In this document: positions 50,483 to 63,690 of the stretch, piece after piece | Numbering within the stretch: the first letter of the stretch is position 1 | Layout: every line of letters starts with the position of its first letter | Origin: Nemertoderma westbladi | Taxonomy: Eukaryota; Animalia; Xenacoelomorpha | NCBI GenBank assembly: GCA_032718475.1 | Contig: JAUCBJ010007887.1 | Span: forward strand, 1 to 64,000 | Direction of reading: 5' to 3' | DNA length: 64,000 nt | Notes under the pieces: model-generated | Seen by the model: only the letters and a program-made list of their open reading frames with translations | Told to the model about the DNA's origin: nothing | Database searches by the model: none | Made by a program: the position numbers and the translations under genes

Positions 50483-53400
50483 TTACGTTATGGAGTCCCT
50501 AGATATTTGTCGGATTAGGGAAGTGGTCATAGGAAGAGTATCTTGCCTTCCATAGTTTCCGGACAGTTTTCGGTCTCTTTCCAGTAAACATAAACGACCA
50601 GCTGGGGGATTGAGTTGTTGTATTATTTTCTCCGCTCCCTTGGCCTGTCTAATCTCCGCCGGGGTAAGATGAGGAGGCCATTCTTCTTCTTCTTTACTTA
50701 AGAAGTCGGATCCACCTAACCAGCCTGGAGTATCTATCAGTTCTTGAGGAGTTGCTCCTCTGGAAGCGATGTCGGCTGGATTAATCGTCCCAAGGCAATG
50801 TCTCCATTGATCTACATTGGAGTTAATATCGTCATTATCTGAGGAGTATGGTGTTCCCTCAGTTGGATCGTCCACATCACTGCTCTCCACTTCCCATTCC
50901 TTTACTTGGTATACCTGTTGTTGAGGTAATCTCTCTTTGAGAGTTCTACGGGAAGGGCCAGTGAAGTACCAACCTACTCTAGTTCTTACCGCATAGGTTT
51001 GCAGTGGCTGCGGTTGAGCAGGCCGTTTCTCCAATGTCTCGAGCGCCTCATGCGCGTTTTGGCCGATGAGTATTTGCACTCCAGGATAATCTGTCTGGAA
51101 TCGAGGTATCTTAAGATGTTGGATGCTCTCATCCTCGTCCCAATTATAAAGGTCTGCTTGGGTAGTAGCGAAGTTCTTTATAGCCACCATTTTTACCGAC
51201 CTTATACCTTGTGCTCCTAATTTATCCTGGGGGGTGGACAACACACCTACATAGTAATCTGCCGTTAGGGTAGATTTCCAAACCTGCATAATTCCTGACA
51301 TATTCAATTTAGTCCGGAATTTGGGTTGTCCAGCAAAGATATCTTCGGCTAGTTCTTGATCGATGAATGTTCCTGTGCTGCCGGAGTCAAGGAGGGCGTT
51401 CACTATGTAACTTTTGTTAGGACCGTGAACTCTTACCTGCACTACAGGAAATTCTCTGATTCCTACGTTGGAAGTTGGAGCTTTCCAAGATGGTTGTCTG
51501 TCAAAGGTAGTTGGGGGGAACTCATTGTCGGTGTCCTTTTCGTAAGTAAGTGCTCGATACACTGTGGTATTGATTAGATAACAGGATTCGTTGGCGTCGG
51601 AGAATTCGTCAGTATAGAATCCTTCCATCTCAGACTCTTGATCAGTGTCATTTACATCACTGAATTGGACATGTAGTTCATGTAGCACTTACCTGACTCG
51701 GGTTGTCTCGTTCGAACTCACTGTGTAACAAGATGTGATGTTTCGCGCCACACTTTGCACACTTTACGTCGGAGTAACAGGTTCGCCGTTGGTGTCCTGA
51801 TCTGAGGCAATTATAGCATAACCGCTTATTCCACAGGACTGTACGTCTGTCTACAGGGGATTTCTTTAGAAATTCAGCACACGCACTCAAACGGTGGGGC
51901 CTGTCGCACAGCGCACATTTTGGTTTGATATCACTCACCTTACCTTGGGTAACGTTATGCACTCTCGTTCTTTCTTCGGGCTTTTTTCCGTGCATTCTCT
52001 TAGGAGACGTAGGAGGAGTTGTTGTTACCTGTTCTCTCCTGTCACTGATTCGAGACTTGTATTTACTTACGTCTTTATAGGTCTTGTTGTCATAGTAAGA
52101 TTTTGCTGTGTCTTTCCCGCTGTCTTCTTCTTGAGAAGCTTGGCTTTCGCCGTCGTCAGTGTAACACACCGGTGTTACTCTTCTCCTAGAAGCAGGTTTC
52201 TCACTTACCTTATTTTCCGATGTTTTCTCTCTGGACTGCTTGATGAGTTGTAGTTTTACTTCACCATCTAAGAAGGACATGAGATCAGTCATGGTAGGGC
52301 TTCGTCGTTGTTGTTCATTCATGTACAACACTTTCTTGTCCCAACGTGTACATACTCCACCCTTGGGTAAAGTAGAGACTACTGCTCCAATAACCATGGA
52401 ACTCTGATATTCATGAGACTTACCTAACCAGTCCAATTGTCTACAGATTTCCTGAATTTCATCGGAAAACTCTATAATCCCGATACTAAGGAAGTGTCGG
52501 GGGGCTACTAATTTTGCATACAAATACTTAGCTATGTTATCTTTGTTACCATACCTGATGTTTAATGTATCCCAAACTTGTCTTAATCCATCTGGATGTC
52601 CAATAAACTTTAACGCCATTAACCTGGGAGGTCCTTCCAAGCACTTGATGAGGAACCTAAGTTTCTCTCCGTTAGATAGTACAGAGTTTTGTATGCTATC
52701 TTTTTAATATTCATTGAAAGGTAGCCATTTCATCTCATCTCCATTGAATTTAACGATCTCTCCCACTTTGACCGCTTGGCGGGCTTCTGTTCTAGCCATC
52801 TGACGCGTAAAGCTTTCTTGGGCCATCGTGTTATTTAATATCGAATTATCGGTATATAAATTTCTCGGATCATTATCAGGTCTATAGGGAACATCATTAA
52901 CAACAGGTCTATAATCACCCTTAATAGGGTTTGCTATAGGGGTTTCTACTTCACTAGCAGTATAGATGCGTGTAGGCTCCATACCTTGCGCATGTAATAC
53001 TTCAGACCTAACAGGTTGACATAATGTTACAGGGGGTATGGGTATACCCTTTGGTATGTTGACTAATTTGTCGCGTTCTAGCGCGATACTTTGCTGCACT
53101 TCTTGCAATTCGGCCCTACCTTCCCTTACTGTTCCCTTAAATTGGTGGACAGTCTCCTGCATCTGTCCGAGCAGGAGATTCATCCCCCGCCGTCCCTCCT
53201 CTACCCACTCAACCGCCGAAGCGGGAGTCGCCAACATTGTAGCGGGCTGACGCGGGACGACGGGAGACAAATCTTTGATTTCTCTCTCAGCTTCCAGGAC
53301 AGGGATATTCTCATGGACTGTTCTACCGGGTACAGACAGTGTAGTACTGCGTAAGGGGAATTTAGAGTTAAGCTCTGGAAGTGCAGGGGTCTCTAGCACA

Positions 53401-54608
53401 GGAGTGACTTTGGGAACTGTACTACCTAAGTCTGTGCTAGCTAGTTGTCTTCTGACAGCTGGGGGCAAATCAGGCAGTTTATGACGGTGAGATGTTTTTC
53501 TACGCCTGCTTAGACGAGATCTATTTCCTCCGCCTTCAGGATCGGTGGTTTCGCTTTCCTCCGATGATGTGTATCCCTGGCGTTTTGGAGTAGATCGTCT
53601 CATCATCTGCATTCGACTAGCAGTTAGCTGTTTATTTATGTAGTCTTGCGTCTCTTGCAGATTTTCCAACTCCAGTTGGGTAGTCTCCTCAGACGCTCTC
53701 CGTTCTGCTTCTGCCACTGCCTTTGCCATTGCCGCTGCCGCCTTTCTTTCTGCTTCTGCTACCGCTGCCTTTCCTTTTGCTTCTACTTCCGCTGCCTTTC
53801 TTTCTGCTTCTACTTCTGCCGCCGCCTTTGCTGCTTCTGCTTCTGCTTCTGCCGCCGCCTTTGCTGCTTCTGCTTCTGCCGCCTTTACTGCTGCTGCCTT
53901 TCGGTCCTCTATCTGTTTTTTCTTTATTTGTTCTTCTTGGACTCTAACGAGGCGGAGTTTTTCATCAAATTTAGCTTGTTCTGCAGCTAACATTTCCGCA
54001 TCGATTGCGTCCAACACAAGCTTGGTTCCTTCACTATTAGGGCGAAGTCCAGACAGTCGTCTCCTCAACTCTTCGTCTCCTAGGAATCGCTGATAGTCTG
54101 ACAGATAGATGTCAATGGCGTCTCTAGTTTGCGGCTTCTCTGCTGCTGTTAATTCGCTTTCCACTTCGCTTTCCACTTCGCTTTCCACTTGAGAAGAAGT
54201 GGCGTCGGTTGATTCTTCATAGGTTGGCCGCTCATCATAAACCGTATCCGCCATCTTCGCTCCGCTTTCGGGTGTCCGCTCAGCAGTATCCGAACTACTG
54301 GAGCTATCGGGCCGCTGAGAACTAGGTTCTTGGCTAGGATGTTGCTGCGGTTTGACAGCTGCTTGTTGATCCCGCTTGACTTGGGCCCGAGTGCCGATGA
54401 TAGACCTACGTTGTTCTACTAGCCTAGGGTCTGACACTACTACTGTAGGGATGGCCTTTTTTACAATAGTAGGTGACTTAGACTTGGATCTGGGATGTTC
54501 TATACTTTGATCTTGGTCACAGATCCTTTTAATACGCTGTCTAAGTCTAATACTCATTCTAACACTTTCTAAGAGACTATCTGACAGTGATTGGGTTGCG
54601 TCTGACAT
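50483..54608 (-). pseudogene. gag-protease of D with RT, most RNase H and integrase deleted
   Basis: Colinear with C gag/PR; junctions DDIN|SNVDQWRHC and KGAEK|IIQQLN; one stop (52704) and one frameshift (~51680). Confidence 0.9.
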
Positions 54609-55919
54609 GTTTGTTTACACAGTTGAATGCCTACGGCTATAAATACAGTTAAAGTAAGTCTAGTAATTCAGTATGACCGTTGGCCTAGTACCGGTAATTT
54701 ATTGCAGTAGATTAGAATACCGGTATGCACTTATAATGTATATAAGTATTGTAAACTAGTTTTGTCACAGAGTACCGGTATATAAATTTAGCACAAATAT
54801 ATATAAATATATAATAGGCCTATCGTGAATACCGGTATACAGCTTACACTTATAGTATATATAAGTATAATTATGAACTAGAATTAATTGCAGAATACCG
54901 GTATGATTTCAGCTCAAATTTATAGAAATAAATATAATAAGCCTATGGTAAATACCGGTATGTCAATTATTTTAGAATAATTGATTTTCTGAATATTTTA
55001 GGGTTACTTGGTTACTTTAACTTACCTTGTTACCGTTATTTAAGCAGTAGTCCAACTGATATTGAGACCTAGTTGTTGTATGGTAGGCCTACTATTTATA
55101 AATCGTTTGAGTTGATTTATAATAGATATATACCCGTTTAAAAGGGGTTTTGTCAAGATTTGAAATAAATGTTATTATTTCTGGGGGAGTCACTACACAG
55201 AAGCTGTGCGCTCTCAGTGAAGTGCTACCTATGGGACACTAAAACAGATAATTCTAATTTACCTAAGTTACTTAATACTACAAATTACTTACGATACGGG
55301 TGAGATTAAATCTCTAATTAAACACAACAAAAATATTACATACGAAATTTTAGGGTAATTTTACAGGAAGTCTACAAACCAGCCTAACAAAGGGTTAGAA
55401 TTCTGGTTATTACAACGGACAGGGTACTACGGTATTTGAAAATAATAAGTAGTAGTAAATATATTGCACTGTCCAGATAGGAAAATACCACCGCCTGACG
55501 ACCTATAGCCGTATCGCTATAGGTACTACGTTATGTATCACGGAGTGTTCCTACCTAGAAGTTAATTACCGCGGACTACCAGATCCAGCGTGCCTATTAA
55601 CCACTTTACAACACAAATATACTGCCTACACACTAATTACCTCGGAAAGCACTGTACACTAAACCCTAAATTAGGTACAAGTACTGGTACAACAAATAAT
55701 CAGTAGTTAAATATACTTGAACAGTTAAAAGAACCACGGCATCTGCTGGAGTGACCGAAGCACAAAGTCACCAGTCTTTTCCTACGCCAAGCAGCCCGTG
55801 TAGTACCGGGGTTAATTTAACTATAACGGTATGTATAACAAACACAATTACTGTAGGAATAAACTTGGGGACATGAATGTTGCGAATAATCGCATAAACT
55901 CTGAATAATAAATATTACG

Positions 55920-56780
55920 CTACCCGTACAGAATACTCAAACAAAATACAGACCAAACGCTGGCAGACTACCACCAAGCCTAAATAAACTACTGTATGTG
56001 CAGATTCCAAAACGGTTAGTTAGTATGCATTCTAACACGGTAGTACGACTTATTCTTTAAGAGGGGATTGACCTTACAGCTATGGCTGCCCCAACTTACT
56101 AACTGGCACTTTATCAGACAAACTCTACACAAGCAGCAATCTCTTCAGACCTAATAATAGCTAGACAACAATCCAGCCTACAAATATCTGAGTAATAACT
56201 ATTACGGTACCTGAACAGACCACACAAACAAACACAGGCCAAAACGCTGGCAGAATACTGTCAAGCCTAAATAAACTACAGTATGTGCAGATTCCAAAAT
56301 TGTTAGTTAGTATGCGTTCTAACACGGTAGTACGACTTATTCTTTAAGAGGGGATTGACCTTACAGCTATGGCTGCCCCAACTTACTAACTGGCACTCTA
56401 TCGGACAAACTCTACACACGCCGTAATCTCTCCAAACCCAACAACAATCTAACAACAGTCCGGCCTACAATTATCTGAACAATCTGAGCAGACTTACACG
56501 TCTTCAGCTCAATATTAACTTACATGTAAATAAAACTGACAGAAATAAGTAAGCTCCAAAAGAAACAAGGGGTGTACAGTCCCTAATCTCTTAAACAGCC
56601 TACCGGTATGCAATAATCAAAATCGAATAATACTAATGTACTTATACTGGAAGTACCGGTTAGGACAGTTGGGCCTACGGACCTACAGAAGTACCGGTTC
56701 TGGCAGTTGGACCTACGGACCTACAGCAGTACCGGTTCTGGCAGTTGGGCCTACTGACCTACAGAAGTACCGGTTCAGGT
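55920..56780. repeat. ~300-bp direct duplication (55920-56190/56225-56480) and ~37-bp tandem repeats (56650-56775) in the 5' UTR of D
   Basis: Visible directly; single-copy in the equivalent part of C. Confidence 0.8.
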
Positions 56781-59700
56781 TTACCGGTTGACCGGTACTT
56801 TCAACTTTATTGCTTACTGCAATAAAGTCAATAACTGTTATTGTACGCGCTTTTGAAGACCTTTAGCAGTTTAACCTGCCAAAATTTATATGTCTTTTGG
56901 TTTATAAATATACTTTAGAAGATGACAAATATTTAATACCAATAAACACAACATTAGCAGAAGCCAGCCTAGTGCGCGTCCATTCACCCGCTGGATATTC
57001 CCGGGAGACTGGATTCTGAGGGCTTAGATTATTATTGCAGTGTAAGCTTACTGTACTGTATTATTCAATTGATCGTTAATAATTAATTTCTGACTAATAT
57101 TATTCACTTTCGGGAAATATTAACAGTTCCTTTAGGACGTGGCGCTCTATCTAGGTAAACAGAGATATGACTTACACTAATCACAACGGTAAGTCGGTAA
57201 GGCTTATGATTCACGTATGAGGCGCATTCTTTAGGAAATGCTTAGTTATCAATCACAATCATGCACACTACCGGTAACACACAATACTGCCCACTAATTT
57301 GCCGACCGCCAATGATTTTTATCATATATAAAGAGAACAGCAACGGACCAATGTAGTGCTTATCAAATAGCATTAAATTCACTACAAACCACAACAATAT
57401 AAGTCGCAATCGCTATATATAACCCGTCTCTCTAACCTGTAGTGTATCAAGAAAATTGGGAAATTTGGGTACTTTATATATGTCCTCCAAATAATGTTCA
57501 AACAAACACGATAGTAAACAGCAGTATAATAATGTATATTGAACCGATAATACAAGAATAGAAACAAGTTGATATAAATTAATATATGATGTGTTATGAT
57601 ATAGACTGATAACAGTCATACGCTCTATAATTTAAGCCTACTAATGTTTCTTCTAAAAGTATGAAACGAATTGACTCTAGAGCCGTTGTTCCTGGCCTAG
57701 ACAGCAATAACAACAAAGTATCCAGAAAAAACTGTAAGACTGAACACACTCCTTATGATCGACCGAAAAGCTACACGTCGACAGGAAAAATCGCTCTGAT
57801 TGGTTCAAGCCAAACAAAGAACCATGCGTCCAATGGCTGTTTCCATGTCAGCAACCAGCTGTTAGATGTCGTAATATGAATCATCACGGCTAAGCTATGA
57901 AAGGTATTTGTCGCATTGCAGGTTTTTTGTCTTACCATGTCCGCTAAAACACGTATATAGCAGAATGACTTTTATGTCCGTTAAAACACCTGTAACGGTA
58001 CCTTGAGGGCGAGGGGAATATTTATATAGTTAGAGAACCCTTTTAGAGTATTCCAGCGCCTGGGGGGAAACTGGATTGCGAAGCAAAGGGGCCAGTTATA
58101 TCCCACAGAAGCTTTTACAGTGCATTCTTTAGGAAATGCTTTGTTATCTGTCACACTCATGCACACTACCGCACACTGCTGCATACTGATCTGCCGACCT
58201 TCACTAAATTTGATCATATATAAGGAGAATAGCAACTGACACATGTAGGGATTATGAAATAGCATTCAATTCACTCCAAACCACTATAATGTAAGTCGCA
58301 GTTGCTACAGGTAACTGGTCCCTCTTACCTTCAGTATATCAAGAAGATTGGGGTTTTATGATTATTTATCGATATTCTCCAAATATAACAACATATCCAT
58401 CAACTTCTAACAATTAATAACCGACAGTAAACAGAAGTAAAATAATGCGGTAGGGCAAGTATGTATGTTCTGGTTTGTCCAGTTTGGTTTGATTTGATAA
58501 CAGTTATATGTTCCTATAATCAAAGCCGTCGAATGTTTGGCTAATGTCTGAAACTCAGAATAATTCCAAAGCCGATGTTCTGGGGCTCAGGAAAAGGTAA
58601 AACAAAGACCGTCATGCATTGCGCGATTTCCCGTAGGCTTCTGTGCAAATAAAATGAAAATCGCTCTGATTGGTCGAGTGAGCCGAACAAAGAGAGTTAA
58701 GAAAGCTCCACATCGACATTAAATCAGCTGATAGATTTCGTCATCTGAATTACACTGTGTTAAGAGTATTTGGCGTATTGCGGCATAAAATGGCTTGTTA
58801 TGTCCGCTAAAGTACACATACAGAAAAAATGGCTTTTTATGTCCGCTAAATCAGCTACACAGTACTTTGCCGGAAAAATGGCTTGTTATGTCCGCTAAAA
58901 CAACTAAATAGTTCATTGCGGAGAAAAAATGACTGGTTATATCCGCAAAAGCCTTTACACGCGGCGACGCGTCGTCAACTTCATCAGTCAACCCGGTAGG
59001 GATCCTTTGCCAACCAGGATCCCATCACAAGGAGAGAACATTCAATAACTGATTTTTATTTATTTGGTAATCATATAACAAAATGATGGTTCTATTTGAC
59101 AATCTCCATTGCTATCTGTTCAAACTATCCTAAATATGTTTTTCTCCCTTACTAATTCCATAGTATTTTGCTATATAATTTCATCTTGTTTTCGTACTAG
59201 AAAGCCAGCAAGCTGGCTTTAAACGAACCTGCCCCCCAAACTAGTACCGCAGTACCCTGAGTGAGCAAAAATGGAAACACGAAAATTGGCATCAACTCAA
59301 CGATAGAAACACCAGCTGCTGGTACTCATGTGGGCCTAGTAAGCTACAGTACTACTATTGATTGAGTGGATAGGCCTTACTGCAGAGAAGTATACTATTG
59401 GCAAAATTTATTACAATCTCACTCTAACCCAGACAGTAATCAACAAACATCAACTGTAAGCTTTTGTATAATGTATTACCAGTACTGTACACCAGATGAA
59501 TAGCTCTTCCCAGTGAATCCTATGACAATAATCTATAAGGTTACTCACTGCTATGTTAGATGGGAGGCCAGGTAATTGAATTGTAAGCACTGGGCCGTTT
59601 AAATGGTTTATAGGTTGATGATAAAATGAATGATGAAGGACCCAACTAACACTACGTTTGTCTATATGGACGGTCTCCTTACAGCTTTTCTACCGGCTTT

Positions 59701-60430
59701 TCTAGTTGAATCATATTATTCTGCAACCAAATAATTTACTCTTTTAGGCGAATTTGTGCGTTTTTTTGCCGGACTAAGAAATTTTGGCGACGTTCTGTGC
59801 GAGATTGGCGATATTTGAAAAGATTCTGAGGCTCAAATATGTTGCTCAAATGACTGAATAGCCTAAATTAAAAAGTTGGTGCATACTTGACGAGGTGAAA
59901 TCGGTGAAATTCGACATTAAATTTGCAAAACCGCTATTTTTCATTGATCCCTTGATCGAAACGCCACAAAAAATATACAGTCTTGTGCGCAACAAAAATC
60001 TATGTAGAGCTTGTTATTAAAATTTTTGCGTACCTGCTTGAGTTTTTGAGATATTGGATGGTTTATACACACATACACAGATAACCACATCGTGTTTTTG
60101 AATGGCTCAACTCTTGACAAAAACTACCCTGGCCTATTAATAGGCAGGTTCGTTATTATTTTGTTTCAGTAACTTCATCTGGTTATTCATTGTTATTGGT
60201 TTTCGTGTTATGGTACCATTTGTTTTATTTTTATCTGTTTCTGTACTTGTATTTGAATATCATATTATTATGTCATATATTTTTGTCATTGCAGTTGTAA
60301 ATAATATTTCAGTTGTAGTGAAATTATTGAATATTATGGCACATTATGTATCGTATTTAACACAAATTGTTGTCTGTAATATACCAACTAACTATTTCAC
60401 TCAAAAAACTAAATCGATTTGATTTTACAG

Positions 60431-60580
60431 ACACTAATGAGTGTGAAATGGGAGTAGAAACGCATAGTTGCATAGCAACTGATACAACCACAGGAAGTTG
60501 CACTGATAACCCATCGAGTTACCAATGTGACTGTAACGATGGATATGAACCAATTATTGGTGACCCAGTTCATTGCCAAG
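60431..60580 (+). CDS. Host gene exon encoding one calcium-binding EGF-like domain
   Basis: TTTTACAG|..DTNECEMG..C..C.D.PSSYQCDCNDGYE..C..|GT; 150 nt, phase 1-1, six cysteines. Confidence 0.88.
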
Positions 60581-61102
60581 GTTATATTATACATATAACA
60601 ATATATTATACTGTAGTTGTTCCTTGCAGATACTACGATGGTTTTCAATGAATTTCAGTTACTATGAAAATAACCCGACGTAAATGGTTCTACATTTTAT
60701 ATTTCTTACTCACAAATCGTGGGGGACTTGATTGAAATTAGAATATTGATTAATTCCAAGATAGCACCATTTTAACGAATTCATTAAAAAGGCATTTTAC
60801 GATTAAAAATAGTTTGTTGAAGGAATGTTCTTACAGTACAAGTTAATATTTTACGATTAACAACTAAAAATTTTTTTGTTAACCCGCTTGTTCGCCTGTG
60901 GTTATTTAGAAAATAATCACAAATATTGACGCGAGGTAGGTTTCAAACCACTTAGAGAGATTATACTCTTTCTTAATATATAATTATGAAAGTCATCATT
61001 AATTAATGATGACAACTATTGGTAACCTCTGCCGGGGTCGGACACACACTACCATACCAGTGCCACAAAGATAAGATCTCGAGTACTATTAGCTGTTACG
61101 AA

Positions 61103-61728
61103 CGAAAAAGCGTCACATGAAAGTTTTTAAGTGATGTTGTACAACCCCCCTTCCATCTGTAATGCTCTAGCCAGTTCACATGAAAGTTTTTAAGTAATGT
61201 TGTAAGTACTACCCCCCTTCCATCTGTAATGCTCTAGCCCGTTCGTATTTAAGTTTTTAAGTAATGTTGTACGTACAACCACCCTTCCATCTGTAATGCT
61301 CTAGCCCGTTCATATTTAAGTTTTTAAGTAATGTTGTACGTACAACCCCCCTTCCATCTGTAATGCTCTAGCCCGTTCATATTTAAGTTTTTAAGTAATG
61401 TTGTACGTACAACCACCCTTCCATCTGTAATGCTCTAGCCCGTTCATATTTAAGTTTTTAAGTAATGTTGTACGTACAACCCCCCTTCCATCTGAAATGC
61501 TCTAGCCCGTTCATATTTAAGTTTTTAAGTAATGTTGTACGTACAACCCCCCTTCCATCTGTAATGCTCTAGCCCGTTCATATTTAAGTTTTTAAGTAAT
61601 GTTGTACGTACAACCACCCTTCCATCTGTAATGCTCTAGCCCGTTCATATTTAAGTTTTTAAGTAATGTTGTACGTACAAAACCCCCCTTCCATCTGTAA
61701 TGCTCTAGTCGTTCATATTTAAGTTTTT
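61103..61728. repeat. 59-bp minisatellite, about 10 copies
   Basis: Unit CCTTCCATCTGTAATGCTCTAGCCCGTTCATATTTAAGTTTTTAAGTAATGTTGTACGTACAACC. Confidence 0.95.
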
Positions 61729-62809
61729 CCTGACAACAAGGTTTATCCCTTTTTCTTTGAGAGGACCCTATTATTCATCTATATCTTTATTGTTTTCGAT
61801 GACTTTTATAAGGTCCTCGCATGATGTTACCTCGAGTTCAACTAAAATTATGTGCATGTTTTTATAAATTCCACTGTTTCAAGTGATTAAAAAGACAATG
61901 CTCCATTGATTAAAAATACGACGAAATGGGTGAGTTGCTGCAAATCTCTCCGAATATACCGGTAGGATACTATCCAGGTTTCCCAAACTGACTGAAAATA
62001 GTTTATACAGTAGGCCTAATGAAATCATTCTGGCTAAGCTAACCCTAACACAGTAACGCTAACCATTCTGCCACTGCTGTATGTCCTATACAGTAATGCT
62101 TCATAAGACAAAAAGCTGCACTGAGAGCATAACAGGAACATTTTCATTGAACAGGCTCTCATTGCAGATTTTAGTCTTATCTTAATGATTAGTTAGCGTA
62201 ATCAAGTATGCCTACGGAAGACAAGTACCAGTAGGGTAAGTTAAGTATGGATGGATAAAGGTCTGACAATAAACTGATAAAAGTATAGGCGTCATGGGGT
62301 GGTAGAAAAAGGAACAAATCTGCCAGTAGGCCCAAACAAACAAGACTACCTGCCCAGTAGGCCTACTTTTATTAATTTATTGAAACCATCTGTCAGTTTG
62401 TGAATTACTTTGATTTGAAAACTGGTACGGTACCGGTACCTATCTAAGACGAATTACTAAATTACACACAGGTGCAATCCTGTAAAATTCCTCTCCATGA
62501 CGCCATCTTACGCAAAAAAGCTGTCAGCAAAAACATGTCGGCAGTCAGCAAAACCCTGTCGGCAAAACTTCTTGCCTGACGGCAAAAACCTGTCTTCTGC
62601 CAGCAAAAACCAGTCGGCTCTAGGTAAAAACCTGTTGGCAACAACCTATCGGCAAAACTTGTCGGCTGTTGGTTCTTAGGTTTACCCCAACTTACCAATC
62701 AAGATATTTATAAGAAAAGTACAGTAGGCCTATCTACAGTAGTTAAACATATTTATAAACCCATTGATAAAAATGCGCGTATCAAAATATAGTTAAAATA
62801 TCAAAAATA

Positions 62810-63045
62810 TTTGATGCTAGAAATCCAGTAAGCTGGCTTTAAAACCAGTACCCTGAGTGAGCGAAAATGAAAACACGAAAATTGCCATCAACTCAACTAT
62901 AGAGATACCAGCTGCTGGTACTCATGGGGGCCTAGTAAGCTACTACTATTTATTGAATGGATAGGGCCAAACTGCAGAGAAGTTACTTGCCAAATTTATT
63001 ACTATCTCACTCTAACCCAGAGAGTAATCAAACATCAACTGTTCG
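62810..63045 (+). repeat. Diverged copy of an interspersed repeat also at ~29378-29640 and ~59196-59458
   Basis: Shared GTACCCTGAGTGAGC..AACACGAAAATTG..CCAGCTGCTGGTACTCATG. Confidence 0.75.
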
Positions 63046-63054
63046 TTTGTATAA

Positions 63055-63218
63055 CGCCCTCCAGGGAGACACACTTGCACCATTCTTGTTCATAATTATG
63101 GTTGACTATCAATGTTCTACGCATGTCCTTAGCCTTAGATCATCATAATGATGATGGGGTGATGATAACTCCACCTACTGGCTCCAGAAGTCGAGGAAAT
63201 CCTGCCAAGTACCTAACT
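63055..63218 (+). mobile_element. RTE-type LINE RT fragment
   Basis: LQGDTLAPFLFIIMVDY motif, then ..SRSRGNPAKYLT. Confidence 0.7.
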
Positions 63219-63422
63219 ACTTACCTACTTACCTAAGCGCCTACTTACCTAAGCGAAATCGTCTCCTTCTCTGAGGGTCACTCTGGGCTGCGATCTGGAG
63301 GCGAGAACCGGGCCGTCATACCTTGTCGTAACCTGGTTAGAGGGTGCAGTTCCTTTTCGTACCGTGGGGCCGTTGGTTGGAACGGTCTACCATTGGTTAC
63401 TCGCAGCTGTGAAACCCAAGGT

Positions 63423-63690
63423 TCCACCTTGGTGTAGTGGTTGCATTGAATTCACATCTCCCGTAGGTCGTGGGTTCGATCCTCACATGGGCCAGGGCAG
63501 TTTTCGTTTCGGCACGAATGCTTTAAAGGGACCAGCCAGGGCGCATCTCTGCCTTGCATCCTTAAGTGGTAGCTAAATGAGTACTGGAGTTTCCTCTGGG
63601 GAGTAAAGTTCTGGGGGGACCGCACTGGAAATAAGTCGTCAGACTTTGTGCGTAATCCCTGGCCTAGTTGCCGAAGAAAATTTACTTTTT
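63423..63690 (+). mobile_element. tRNA-derived SINE
   Basis: A box TGGTGTAGTGG (63430-63440), B box GGTTCGATCC (63473-63482), body motif TAAATGAGTAC. Confidence 0.65.

Larger units (their letters stand above)
46050..58119 (-). mobile_element. Element D: internally deleted, non-autonomous relative of C with two intact LTRs
   Basis: LTRs 46050-47326 and 56842-58119 (near-identical), TSD GTGCA (46045-46049/58120-58124), PPT-like GGGAGCGG at 47327-47334. Confidence 0.95.
45685..58959 (-). mobile_element. 5' LTR of element C (45685-46049 + 58125-58959) split by element D
   Basis: The two halves join to reproduce 27946-29141; followed by CGCGG. Confidence 0.92.

Noticed and set aside
61103-61728. 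CRISPR-like regular array
   Set aside because: Whole 59-bp unit repeats with no unique spacers; eukaryotic context; a minisatellite
63216-63255. TACTTACCT resembling the U1 snRNA 5' end
   Set aside because: Short tandem repeat with no U1 body
63423-63495. tRNA gene
   Set aside because: A/B boxes only; no convincing cloverleaf; continues into a SINE-like body
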